A stretch of DNA of 64,000 nucleotides from Acidobacteriota bacterium (GCA_963664705.1 OY761556.1:3904001-3968000), one strand, 5' to 3'; shown: positions 1 through 9,702, counted from the first letter of the stretch. Made by a program: numbers and translations. Notes: a model not told the origin generated them from the letters alone.

Positions 1-1208
1 GCGACTCCAATTGGAATGACACTCAGCTCAAGGATGTCTTTATTCTCCTTTATCAATTCCTCAAGCATTTCGGGAGATGGTTCTCGCTCCAGGTGAATTT
101 TTGCAATGGCGGCTTCCGCGCCCTCAAAGATTACATTATCCATTTCCTGGACGTTGATCCTTGCCGTACTGATCGCATTCAGCACAGTCGCCAGAACGCC
201 GGGACGATCATAATGCCGAACCGCAAGGACACAGGTCGCCGGTGTGCGCTGAGCCAGGTTTACGGCATTCGGCACTCCGCCGCTCTCCATATAGGTTTTG
301 ACTATACGAACGGTCTCAGCCGCAATAGCCTCCTGTGCCTGCTCGGTTGATGCTCCGATATGATGGGTTCCATTGAATCCGGGTTCCCTTGTAATGGATG
401 CATCAAACTCCCCCGTCCCGGAGGAAGGCTCGCCGGCATAAACATCCAATCCCACGCGAATCCCTTTTTCCACCATTGCGGATTGGAGCGCAGCCTGGTC
501 CACAACTTCTCCCCTGGAAGTATTGATGAAATACGAGCCGGGATGCATGGCGGCAAAAAAGTCGGAACCGATCATTCCGCGTGTTTCTTCCGTCAGCGCA
601 ATGTGGACACTGACAATATCGGAACATGCCGCCAGTTTCAGCGGAGAGGATACGTAGCTAATCCCCATGTCTATCGCCTGCTGCACATTGAGACGTCTGC
701 TCCAGGCTGCGACCGGCATCCCAAATGCCTTTGCTCGAATGATTACTTCCTGTGCAATCTGCCCAACACCAATCAGCCCCAGTCTGCGACCGAACAAACC
801 GCGAGCTTTGGAAAATTCCGCCTTGTTCCATTTCCCGGCGCGCAGAGAAATGACGCTATCCACAATTCGACGATCCAGAGCGAGAATCAGGGCAAACGTA
901 AGCTCCGCAACGGCGATGGAATTCTTGCCCGGACAGTTGGAAACGAATATGCCGCGCTTTGAAGCTGCAGGGACATCGATAGTGTTGTACCCCGCCCCGG
1001 CGCGAACAACGAGTTTGAGAGGTTCAACCGCAAGCATATCCGCGGTAACTTTAGCCGAACGAACAATCAGGACATCAGGCTTTGACCGCTGCATCTCCTC
1101 GAGCAGTGGTTGATCCTTAAGCTTTGGCTGGTATAAAACTTCGCATCCCAGAGAAATCAAGCCTTCCCTGCCGGACGATTCAAACTGATCTGCGATGAGT
1201 ACGCGCAT
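1..1208 (-). CDS. serA: D-3-phosphoglycerate dehydrogenase-like D-2-hydroxyacid dehydrogenase; 3' end runs off the window
   Basis: Absent from the ORF track because it is truncated. Manual translation from ATG 1208 (GGAGG upstream) gives MRVLIADQFESSG...VRAGAGYNTIDV...VSNCPGKNSIAVAE...LGLIGVGQIA, with the RAGxGxxxID and GxGxIA motifs; about 400 codons to the window edge. Confidence 0.8.
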   Translation of the reverse strand, partial: MRVLIADQFESSGREGLISLGCEVLYQPKLKDQPLLEEMQRSKPDVLIVRSAKVTADMLAVEPLKLVVRAGAGYNTIDVPAASKRGIFVSNCPGKNSIAVAELTFALILALDRRIVDSVISLRAGKWNKAEFSKARGLFGRRLGLIGVGQIAQEVIIRAKAFGMPVAAWSRRLNVQQAIDMGISYVSSPLKLAACSDIVSVHIALTEETRGMIGSDFFAAMHPGSYFINTSRGEVVDQAALQSAMVEKGIRVGLDVYAGEPSSGTGEFDASITREPGFNGTHHIGASTEQAQEAIAAETVRIVKTYMESGGVPNAVNLAQRTPATCVLAVRHYDRPGVLATVLNAISTARINVQEMDNVIFEGAEAAIAKIHLEREPSPEMLEELIKENKDILELSVIPIGV

Positions 1209-1327
1209 ATTGTTCCTCCCGAGAGGACGCCAGTTCTTTTGAGTATACCAAAGCTCTAATTGCGTTTGCATTCTGTCTGCCGGCGGGCGGTGGTAAAATG
1301 GTGCGGCCTGACTGGAGATGAAATGCC

Positions 1328-1507
1328 ATGCCCCTTTATGAATTTGAGTGTTTGCAGTGCGGCGCCGAATTTGAGGCGCTTGTACTCAAATCATCAGACA
1401 GGGAAGAAATTAAGTGCCCGAAATGCAGCGGCCGGAAGCTCGAGGAATTGCTTTCTACATTTGCCTCCGGTTCCGGCGACTGCGCACAAGACAGTGGTGG
1501 AGGATGA
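1328..1507 (+). CDS. FmdB-family zinc-ribbon protein (59 aa; possible TGA readthrough to 1522)
   Basis: Manual translation MPLYEFECLQCGAEFEALV...IKCPKCSGRKLEELLSTFA matches the MPxYEyxCxxC...CPxC signature; GGAG upstream. Confidence 0.9.
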   Translation: MPLYEFECLQCGAEFEALVLKSSDREEIKCPKCSGRKLEELLSTFASGSGDCAQDSGGG

Positions 1508-1567
1508 GGGCTGCCGCACTAAACGGCCGTGATGCCGCAATTCAATTGCTTAGAGAGGATTATTCCC

Positions 1568-1957
1568 ATGGAAATGGTTGTCAGTTTTCCCGGAGGGGCT
1601 CGGGTAAATGCCCAGTTCGAGTCCTTTACAGTTGAGACCGATCAGCCCCGACCCGGAGGAGAGGGCGCCGCGCCTACTCCCTTCCAGTTGTTTTTCGCGT
1701 CGATGGCAACATGTGCGGGCGCGTATATTGCGGGATTCTGCCAAAAACGCGGAATTCCGACAGAAGGGATCAAGCTAATCCAAACATTGGATCGGGATCC
1801 GGCAACCAAAATGGTTACAAAGGTGAAGCAGGTTATTCAGCTTCCGCCGGATTTTCCCAGCCAATACACTTCGGCGGTAATGAAGGCGGCAGAGGGATGT
1901 CTCGTGAAGAAGCATCTTGAACATCCGCCTGCTTTTGAAGTCGTTACAAATCTTTAG
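1568..1957 (+). CDS. OsmC/Ohr family protein
   Basis: TDQP...GGEGAAPTPFQLFFASMATCAG and distal GCLVKKHL cysteines; RBS GAGAGGA before ATG 1568. Confidence 0.9.
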   Translation: MEMVVSFPGGARVNAQFESFTVETDQPRPGGEGAAPTPFQLFFASMATCAGAYIAGFCQKRGIPTEGIKLIQTLDRDPATKMVTKVKQVIQLPPDFPSQYTSAVMKAAEGCLVKKHLEHPPAFEVVTNL

Positions 1958-1975
1958 TTGTCTGAATTATTTCGC

Positions 1976-2026
1976 CGGTTGCAGGCCGCGGACTAAGATG
2001 GAATTTCGATCTGCAGCCTGTAACCG
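1976..2026. terminator. Hairpin between convergent genes
   Basis: CGGTTGCAGGCCGCGGA ... TCTGCAGCCTGTAACCG imperfect inverted repeat. Confidence 0.5.
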
Positions 2027-2030
2027 CGAT

Positions 2031-4373
2031 TCAGTTCTTCACCCACCAAAGGGTACCGTAGGCGGTATCCTCGAGTACGATATTTCTCTTTTTAAGATCT
2101 TCTCGAATTCTATCAGCCTCGTCATAATCCTTCCGATCGCGCGCCTCTTCTCTCTCTGCAACCAAAGCCTCGACCTCCGGGTCTTCGGTTTCGGCCCCGG
2201 CAGGATTAAAATCGACGATAGCGAGGACAGCGTGGATTTTGCCGAAAGCATCCAGAATCAGCGCTGCATCTCTCGCGGAAATGCCTTCGCGGGTAAGACT
2301 CTGATTCACCTTCCGAATGAATGAAAAAACCGCCCCCAGGGCCATCGGCACATTCAGATCCGCTTCCATTGCCGATTCAAACGATACAAGCATTTCCTCC
2401 GTGACTCCCCGTATCGCATCGGTTTCGCCGCCCTCCTGACAGCGGCGCAGCTTTCCGACAAAGGCATCGATTCTATTCAGTGCGGCTCGCGCAGCTCGCA
2501 GTTTTTCCTCCGAATAGGACAATGGCTGACGGTAGTGAGTGGAGAGAAGGAGATAGCGGACATCACGGGCGCTGAATCCCAGATTCAGAATATCCTTCAG
2601 GGTTGCGGCATTGCCAGACGACCGCGACATCTTTCGTCCCCCGGCCAGCACGAGTTCGGAATGCACCCAGTATCGCGCGGGCCCCTTGCCATACAAAGAT
2701 TCGCATTGGGCAATTTCATTGTCGTTATGCGGGAAGAGAATATCGCTGCCGCTGGTGTGAATATCGAACTCCTCACCAAGAAATCGCGTAGACATGGCCG
2801 CACACTGCACATGCCAGCTGGGCCGCACATTGCCCCAGTCGGTTTCATAGAAAATATCTCTTGCCATCTCGGCCAGCGTGGCGCGCTTGAAAAGGGTAAA
2901 ATCCCGCGGATCATCTTTATCGTATTCATCGAGATCGACGGTAGCACCGACTTTGATTTTCGACAGATTCAAACCGCTCAGCGCCCCATACCGGGGGAAC
3001 TTGCCGATATCAAAGTAAACGCTGCGAAGCCTTTCATAGGCATATCCCTTATTCATGAGCTGCCGCGTAAACGCGACCATATCGTCCACATGTTCGGAGG
3101 TTCTCGGATATTTCCAGGCACGCTTTACGGAAAGCTTCTCCAGGCAATCCATAAACTCATCGGCATAGTTGTCCGTGAGTTCCTTCAGCGAAATCCCCTG
3201 CTTGATGGACTCCTGGATTGTGTTGTCGTCAAGGTCCGTCACGTTCATGACATGCTTGACGTCGTAGCCGCAATATTCGAGCCAGCGGCGCAGGCTATCG
3301 CCAACCACAACCCGTCGAAGCAAACCCAGGGTGGGTTCCGCATTTACTGTCGGTCCGCAGGAATACATCGATACTTTCCCGGGAATCAGCGGCTGAAAGA
3401 CTCTCTGTGCCCTGGTCAGAGTGTCGTACAGCTCGAGTTTCGGCTCACGGCGGGCTACCGCGACCGATGTCCTGAAAAGAGTAGTGCTGAGATAACGCTC
3501 TCCGCCATCCGGCAGGATCACAACAATAACGCCATGCGACAGCTGTTTTGCCAGTTGAAGACCGACATAGGCGGCGGCTCCGGAACTCATTCCAACAAAC
3601 AAGCCTTCTTCCCGGGCCAGCAGACGTGACGTCGCGTATGCATCTTCATCCTTGATATTGATCTTTTCCGTCAGGCATTTCCGATCAAAGATGCCGGGCC
3701 GGTAGGCCTCCTTCATGTTTTTAAGCCCCTGGATCTTGTGTCCGAGATACGGCTCCACTCCCATAATCCGGATTTCAGGATTCAGCTCTTTCAGACGCCG
3801 GCTCATGCCCATCAGTGTCCCGGAAGTTCCCATCGTGGCCACAAGATGGGTAATTCGGCCGCCTGTCTGCTCCCAGACCTCCAAAGCCGTTCCGTTGTAA
3901 TGAGCCAACGGGTTCGCAGGATTGTTGTACTGGTCGGGAATATAATATTTACCTGGTTCTTTTCTTTGCAGGCGGTAAACGGCCTCAATCGCCCCATCGG
4001 TTCCGAGTCGTGCGGGCGTTCGCAGGAAATCGGCGCCGAGCGCCGAGAGAATCTGGCAACGTTCCTGGCTGACGGCTTCACTCATCGCCAAAAGAACTTT
4101 GTAGCCCTTGACGGTTCCAACCAGAGCCAGTCCTATCCCGGTATTTCCGCTTGTAGCTTCGAGGATTACCTTGTCTCGAGTAAGATCTCCCGCCGCTTCG
4201 GCCGCCTCAATCATGGACTTTGCGACGCGGTCCTTCACGGATCCGCCAGGGTTTGCGGACTCGATCTTTGCCCAGATTTCTACATTAGGATTTGGAGAAA
4301 TTCGCTGGAAGCGAACCAGAGGAGTATTTCCAATAAGGCCAAGAGCACCATCTGCAAATATTGGAGCTTTCAT
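2031..4373 (-). CDS. Fusion of a PLP-dependent cysteine synthase (CysM/CysK-like) and a cysteinyl-tRNA synthetase-like domain
   Basis: N-terminal ~300 aa: IGNTPLV, NPGGSVKDR (PLP Lys), EATSGNTG, MGTSGT. C-terminal ~470 aa: MYSCGPTV, RPSWHVQC, DILFPHNDNEIAQ, KMSRS, ADRIREDL. Single uninterrupted ORF; start placed at ATG 4373. Confidence 0.93.
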   Translation of the reverse strand: MKAPIFADGALGLIGNTPLVRFQRISPNPNVEIWAKIESANPGGSVKDRVAKSMIEAAEAAGDLTRDKVILEATSGNTGIGLALVGTVKGYKVLLAMSEAVSQERCQILSALGADFLRTPARLGTDGAIEAVYRLQRKEPGKYYIPDQYNNPANPLAHYNGTALEVWEQTGGRITHLVATMGTSGTLMGMSRRLKELNPEIRIMGVEPYLGHKIQGLKNMKEAYRPGIFDRKCLTEKINIKDEDAYATSRLLAREEGLFVGMSSGAAAYVGLQLAKQLSHGVIVVILPDGGERYLSTTLFRTSVAVARREPKLELYDTLTRAQRVFQPLIPGKVSMYSCGPTVNAEPTLGLLRRVVVGDSLRRWLEYCGYDVKHVMNVTDLDDNTIQESIKQGISLKELTDNYADEFMDCLEKLSVKRAWKYPRTSEHVDDMVAFTRQLMNKGYAYERLRSVYFDIGKFPRYGALSGLNLSKIKVGATVDLDEYDKDDPRDFTLFKRATLAEMARDIFYETDWGNVRPSWHVQCAAMSTRFLGEEFDIHTSGSDILFPHNDNEIAQCESLYGKGPARYWVHSELVLAGGRKMSRSSGNAATLKDILNLGFSARDVRYLLLSTHYRQPLSYSEEKLRAARAALNRIDAFVGKLRRCQEGGETDAIRGVTEEMLVSFESAMEADLNVPMALGAVFSFIRKVNQSLTREGISARDAALILDAFGKIHAVLAIVDFNPAGAETEDPEVEALVAEREEARDRKDYDEADRIREDLKKRNIVLEDTAYGTLWWVKN

Positions 4374-4511
4374 GATAGCGAAGGCTATCACGGAGAAGCT
4401 TTTACGTCCACCATCTGCGGAGCTGGAAATTTCTCTTCACGATGCAAGCCGGGTTCGTTATTGCGGTGGGATGGTGTATAGGCTAGGATCATCATCCTGG
4501 AAAGGAAAAAA

Positions 4512-5519
4512 ATGGGCGTTCCGATTTCACAAATGCTGGCGGTTTCCGGTTATGTTCTCAAGCAGAAGCTGTCGGGAAAGAAAAAATATCCACTCGTGCT
4601 TATGCTCGAGCCCTTGTTTCGCTGCAACCTGGCCTGTGCCGGCTGTGGAAAAATCCAGTATTCCGCGGATGTTCTGAGACAGCATCTTACGCCGGAGCAA
4701 TGCTTCAAAGCAGCTCAGGAGTGCGGCGCCCCGATGATCAGTATTCCGGGAGGAGAACCGCTGCTGCATCCCCAGATCGCCGAGATTGTCCAGGGGTTTG
4801 TGGATCGCAGGAAATACGTCTATTTGTGTACCAATGGCCTTATCCTTAAAGAAAAACTCTCCATCTTCAAACCAAGCAAATACTTTACCATCAATGTCCA
4901 TCTGGATGGGCAAAAGCAGTTCCATGACCGGTCCGTCTGCCGTGATGGGGTGTACGATACTGCCGTGGAGGCAATTCGGGAAGCGCTTCGTCGCGGCTTC
5001 CGAGTCACGACCAACACCACCCTGTTCAACAATGCCGATCCAAACAGCATGCGAGCATTCTTTGATGAGATGATGGGAATTAGAGTCGAAGGGATGACTC
5101 TGTCCCCCGGATATTCCTACGAGAAAGCCCCTGATCAACAGCACTTTCTGGGCACCACGGAAACCCGCCGGCTTTTCTCGCAGATTCTCGGAAACAGGAA
5201 AAAATCCTGGAAATTCAACCAAAGCCCGCTCTTTCTTGAATTCCTGATGGGGGTGCGCAATTATGCCTGCACTCCATGGGGCATGCCCAGCTACAGCCTT
5301 TTCGGATGGCAAAGGCCGTGTTACCTGCTGCAGGAGGGATATTTCCAGAGCTATGCAGAACTCCTGGAAAAAACGGAGTGGAACAAATACGGCTCCGAAT
5401 CGGGTAATGCCCGCTGCGCCAATTGCATGGTTCACAGCGGCTACGAAGCCAGTGCCGTGAATGACACGTTCAGCTCCCTGAAAGGCCTGTTCGACACCAT
5501 CCGGGCAATGCTCCGCTAG
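4512..5519 (+). CDS. hpnH: Adenosylhopane synthase HpnH (radical SAM)
   Basis: YPLVLMLEPLFRCNLACAGCGKI, CTPWGMP, CANCMVHSGYE are characteristic of HpnH. Confidence 0.92.
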   Translation: MGVPISQMLAVSGYVLKQKLSGKKKYPLVLMLEPLFRCNLACAGCGKIQYSADVLRQHLTPEQCFKAAQECGAPMISIPGGEPLLHPQIAEIVQGFVDRRKYVYLCTNGLILKEKLSIFKPSKYFTINVHLDGQKQFHDRSVCRDGVYDTAVEAIREALRRGFRVTTNTTLFNNADPNSMRAFFDEMMGIRVEGMTLSPGYSYEKAPDQQHFLGTTETRRLFSQILGNRKKSWKFNQSPLFLEFLMGVRNYACTPWGMPSYSLFGWQRPCYLLQEGYFQSYAELLEKTEWNKYGSESGNARCANCMVHSGYEASAVNDTFSSLKGLFDTIRAMLR

Positions 5520-5664
5520 GATCGTGCCTGGAGATCAGGACACGTTCCTGGTGATTCGTCCACGCCCCATTCCCAAATCCTCCAACTCAATCGGAAATCT
5601 TTGAGCCGATTCATCCCATTTTTTCGCATTCCTGCCTGAGAAGTATTTATAAAAAGGAGGATCC

Positions 5665-6165
5665 ATGAAATCCTTGATCATTTTTGTCATCAGCTTATCC
5701 CTTGTGGCAGGATCCGCCATTGCACAAGATGGAGACCACTCGCCGGCTAAAAATCGATGGAATGGCTATGTGGGCTGGGGAGCCAGCTTTTTTCCGAACA
5801 ATTCCAATCAGACAGGCGGGAATTTTGGTTTAGGCGCGGATTTCCTGATTAGAAGCGGCCTGGGCGTGAATGGAGAGGTTCTGATTGTGGCTTCGCGATA
5901 TGACGCAGCCGGAATGGTATCGATGAATGGCGTTTATCAGTTCCTACGAAGTCCATACCGGCAAAAAGGCTTTGTGCCCTTTGTCACCGCCGGCGTAACC
6001 GCGGCCTCCGTCGGGGAAGGATCCGGGTTCACCGGAGGCAATATCGGCGGAGGAGCGCATTGGTGGTTTCGTGAGCGTATTGGACTGCGGATGGAGGCTC
6101 GCGATCACATCTTCTCCGGCAACAATAACTGGTTAATCGTTCGCCTGGGGCTCGTCTTCCGCTAG
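5665..6165 (+). CDS. Small outer-membrane beta-barrel protein
   Basis: Signal peptide, amphipathic strands (FVPFVTAGV, IGLRMEARD), C-terminal RLGLVFR; strong RBS AGGAGG. Confidence 0.75.
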   Translation: MKSLIIFVISLSLVAGSAIAQDGDHSPAKNRWNGYVGWGASFFPNNSNQTGGNFGLGADFLIRSGLGVNGEVLIVASRYDAAGMVSMNGVYQFLRSPYRQKGFVPFVTAGVTAASVGEGSGFTGGNIGGGAHWWFRERIGLRMEARDHIFSGNNNWLIVRLGLVFR

Positions 6166-6174
6166 GTCCATGGC

Positions 6175-6210
6175 TTGGGAGGCTTCGAGGTTTCCTCAAA
6201 GCCTCCTGAA
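6175..6210. terminator. Hairpin between convergent genes
   Basis: GGAGGCTT..GAGG TTT CCTC..AAGCCTCC. Confidence 0.55.
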
Positions 6211-6212
6211 TT

Positions 6213-8084
6213 CTATGGCTCCGTTATCTGGTTGAGTCCAATGTAGGAAGGGAATTCCTGGGACCGGAAAACCCGCTGAGTTGCCTTCCTGAAATCTTTT
6301 GGTTTGGCTTTATAGATATCCTCAAATTGTTGCGGATTTCGATCCACCAATGGGAACCATGTGCTTTGCACCTGGACCATGATGCGATGCCCTTTCCGAA
6401 ACATGTGAAATACATCCGGCATTCGATACTGAATCTGCGTGACCTTTCCCGGGACAAAGGGCTCCGGCCTTGAAAAGTCATTCCGGAACTTTCCCCGGAA
6501 CGGCTCCCCGCGAACAAGCTGCTGATACCCGGCCATCGGGTCCACACCGGTGCCCGGGCCATGATCCATTGCGTTTTCCGGATATACATCGATGAGCTTA
6601 ACAATAAAATCCGAGTCAGTGCCGGATGTTGAAACATTCAGAGATGGCAGGATCGGACCTGCAATCAAAACATCCTCCGCCAATACCTCGGTTTGATAGG
6701 TAAGAACGTCGGGACGATGGAACACGAATCGTTGATCTCCAACCATGTATTCCCTGGTCATGCGTGTGGTCATCTCAGTGGTATAGGGCACAGGATTATC
6801 GGGATCGCTGACATACTCGTCAAAACGGTTGGAAATATCTCCCGAATCAGGTTCCCATGAGAGCCTTCCATTGGCGCGCAAATATAGCTTCCTGTCGATT
6901 CCCTTCGGCGGCCACCGGACCTCTTTCTTCCACTCATTTTTCCCTGTCGCAAAAACAAATGCCTCCGGCAAATCAGGAGCGCCCGTTTCCTTCAGGAAAT
7001 GCCGGAAGAATGGCAACTCGATCTCCTTGCGATAAAAGATCGAAGTATCCGATCCGAAACCCACACGTCCGAGTGCATTCCCGTCGGAACGCGCCCAGCC
7101 GCCGTGGTACCACGGTCCCATTACGAGGATATTAAAATTGCCGGGGTTGCAGTCTTCGATGGAATGATAGACGGCCAGAGTGCCGAAAAGATCTTCCGCA
7201 TCAAACCAGCCTCCCACCGTCATGACAGCCGGCCGGATATCCTTCAGGTGGGGTCTGAGATTCCTCTCCTGCCAGAAGCCATCATAATTGGCATGCCGCA
7301 TCAGCTCGTTCCAAAAAGAGCTTTTGTTCTTCAGATAAAGCGAATTGGCATCCGATAATGGACCCATCTTCAGATAAAAATCGTATTGATCCGGAACAGG
7401 AAACTGGAATGGAGCTTCGAACTCCTCGGTCGGATGCGGTCGCGGGCGCCCAAAAGTTGAGAGAAATCCAAATGCATGGGTCAGAAACAGTGCGCCGTTA
7501 TGATGGAAATCATCGCCAATGAACCAATCGGCGATGGGCGCCTGCGGAGAAACCGCCTTCAGTGCCGGGTGGGCCTGGATGGCTCCGGCTGCCGCATAAA
7601 AACCGGGATAGGAAATTCCCCACATCCCAACACGACCATTGTTATTCGGAATATTCCGGATCAGCCAATCAATGCTGTCATACGCATCGCTGGATTCATC
7701 AACCTCTCCGGGGCGGCTCTTTTTGTCCTTAACCGGCGTTACATTGATGAACTCCCCTTCCGACATCATCCGCCCGCGCACATCCTGGTAAACAAAAATA
7801 AAGCCATCCCTGGCGAGCTGGTCCGAAGGTCCAAGAGATGCGGGATACCGGTCCTTCCCATACGGAGCTACTCCGTAGGGAGTACGCGTAAAGAGGATTG
7901 GATATGGATGTGAACTGTCCTTAGGCTCATATACTGCAGTAAACAGTTTCTTCCCATCCCGCATCGGGATTCGATATTCGTGCTTTGCATAATTCGACTC
8001 CACATAGCTTTGCTGAGCACGGACCTGAAAAATAATCAGAGCCCCGAGCATCAACACCCAATAGCGTCTCATGGCTGTTTGCAT
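6213..8084 (-). CDS. CocE/NonD family hydrolase (alpha-amino-acid ester hydrolase / glutaryl-7-ACA acylase-like), secreted
   Basis: IPMRDG, RTPY, QDVRGR..SEG, GISYPG nucleophile, GDDFHHNGA, GPWYHG; signal peptide. Confidence 0.92.
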   Translation of the reverse strand: MQTAMRRYWVLMLGALIIFQVRAQQSYVESNYAKHEYRIPMRDGKKLFTAVYEPKDSSHPYPILFTRTPYGVAPYGKDRYPASLGPSDQLARDGFIFVYQDVRGRMMSEGEFINVTPVKDKKSRPGEVDESSDAYDSIDWLIRNIPNNNGRVGMWGISYPGFYAAAGAIQAHPALKAVSPQAPIADWFIGDDFHHNGALFLTHAFGFLSTFGRPRPHPTEEFEAPFQFPVPDQYDFYLKMGPLSDANSLYLKNKSSFWNELMRHANYDGFWQERNLRPHLKDIRPAVMTVGGWFDAEDLFGTLAVYHSIEDCNPGNFNILVMGPWYHGGWARSDGNALGRVGFGSDTSIFYRKEIELPFFRHFLKETGAPDLPEAFVFATGKNEWKKEVRWPPKGIDRKLYLRANGRLSWEPDSGDISNRFDEYVSDPDNPVPYTTEMTTRMTREYMVGDQRFVFHRPDVLTYQTEVLAEDVLIAGPILPSLNVSTSGTDSDFIVKLIDVYPENAMDHGPGTGVDPMAGYQQLVRGEPFRGKFRNDFSRPEPFVPGKVTQIQYRMPDVFHMFRKGHRIMVQVQSTWFPLVDRNPQQFEDIYKAKPKDFRKATQRVFRSQEFPSYIGLNQITEP

Positions 8085-8165
8085 GACTCTAGGCTAACCC
8101 GCCCACTCGTGCTGCTGCAAGATTTTATCCATGCGCTCCGCCACGATCCGTGATTAAATGCTTTC

Positions 8166-9695
8166 ATGATGACACCACAAGTGATCGCAACAGAAAGCCG
8201 TGCATATCTCGCGCTAAAAGAAATGTTTCAGGGAGGACGGCCGCTGATCTTTGTTTGCACGCCCGAGGAAGGCCGGGTTGAACGGCTCCTTCTGGAAATT
8301 TCGGATAGATTATTCCCAACCGGCATACCGGTATGGAGCTGGTCGTTGACATCGGGACTCGCAACGCCCGACCGCCAGTCCAGCGAGAAGCTCAATCCAT
8401 TATCTGTCCTCGATTTCATTGGCTCCCATGCCAAACCCGGAATATTCCAGCTGAAGGATTTCCATCAGTTTATGCGCGAAGATCCGCAAATCCGCAGGAA
8501 GCTGCGCGATCTTTATGCGCTTTGTCTGGATACGAACAAATACCTTGTCATTACGTCCCCGCTGCGCGAAGTACCGGAAGAATTGAGCCGGCAGGTTGCT
8601 CTTGTCGATCTCCATGCCCCTGACCTGGATGAACTGCTCGCATTTGTCCGGACGGAAACAGAAAAAATCGCATCGAGCGGATCCCGTGTCGACAAAAGCG
8701 AGACCGTTCTTTTCGCGATCGCGAGAGCACTGCAGGGCTTGACGCTGGAAGAATCCCATCATGCCATTCGACGCGGACTTGCCATAACCGGAGCCTTGGA
8801 TGAGAACTGCATCCAGGCGCTGCTTGAGGAAAAAAAGCTCGTCGTGAATCGGACCGGCCTCATACAGTACATTTCGGATGGCACCGGCATGGACAAAGTA
8901 GGCGGACTTGAATATCTGAAATCCTGGCTCCTGGAACGCCGAAAGCTCTTTCTGGAGCGTGACAGCTTGAGCGCGGAAATCGTGCCCAAGGGAATACTGG
9001 TCATGGGTGTTTCCGGGTGCGGCAAAAGTCTCTCCGTAAAGGCTACCGCGTCTTACTTCGGTCTCCCTTTGTATCGCATTGAGATGAGCGAGGTTTTTTC
9101 GGGACGGCATGGAAATCCTGACGCGGCTTTTGTTGAGGCCTGCCGGACGGTCGAATCCGTTGCGCCGGCGGTGGTCTGGTTTGATGAAATTGAGATGGGA
9201 CTGACGGGGGATGCGGGAAGCGGCGGCAATTCAAATTTGGGACGCATTTTTGCCTTCTTTCTCACCTGGATGCAGGAGAAGACGCGAGGACTCTTCGTTG
9301 CGGCGACCGCAAACCGCATCGACTTGCTGCCAGCAGAAATGATCCGAAAAGGTCGATTCGATGAGGTATTCTTCATTGACCTCCCTACTGAAGAGGAACG
9401 AAGCGACGTATTCCGCATCCATTTGCAAAAAAGGGGAGTGGATCCCGAACCGCTGCAGCTTCATCGGCTGAGAAAAATCACACAAGGGTGGACCGGGGCC
9501 GAAATCGAGCAGTGCGTAGTATCCGCACTAACCCAGGTCCGTTTGAAAGAAAAGGAAATCTCCTTTGAGGATCTTCATCAGGCGGCGATCGGAGTCATCC
9601 CTCTATCCAAAACCATGCGTGAACAGGTAGATCACATTCGTTCGTGGGCATACGACCGAGCCGTTCGAGCTTCACCGCGCGAAGCACATAGCTAA
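8166..9695 (+). CDS. AAA+ ATPase, Ycf46-like
   Basis: N-terminal EExR and LKDFH motifs, Walker A GVSGCGKS, Walker B VVWFDEIE, ATANR, RKGRFDE. Confidence 0.88.
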   Translation: MMTPQVIATESRAYLALKEMFQGGRPLIFVCTPEEGRVERLLLEISDRLFPTGIPVWSWSLTSGLATPDRQSSEKLNPLSVLDFIGSHAKPGIFQLKDFHQFMREDPQIRRKLRDLYALCLDTNKYLVITSPLREVPEELSRQVALVDLHAPDLDELLAFVRTETEKIASSGSRVDKSETVLFAIARALQGLTLEESHHAIRRGLAITGALDENCIQALLEEKKLVVNRTGLIQYISDGTGMDKVGGLEYLKSWLLERRKLFLERDSLSAEIVPKGILVMGVSGCGKSLSVKATASYFGLPLYRIEMSEVFSGRHGNPDAAFVEACRTVESVAPAVVWFDEIEMGLTGDAGSGGNSNLGRIFAFFLTWMQEKTRGLFVAATANRIDLLPAEMIRKGRFDEVFFIDLPTEEERSDVFRIHLQKRGVDPEPLQLHRLRKITQGWTGAEIEQCVVSALTQVRLKEKEISFEDLHQAAIGVIPLSKTMREQVDHIRSWAYDRAVRASPREAHS

Positions 9696-9702
9696 AGGAT
9701 TG

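Noticed and set aside
93-1113. Plus-strand ORFs 93-350, 360-962 and 667-1113
   Set aside because: They are antisense shadows of the minus-strand serA-like gene that the ORF track omitted because it is truncated.
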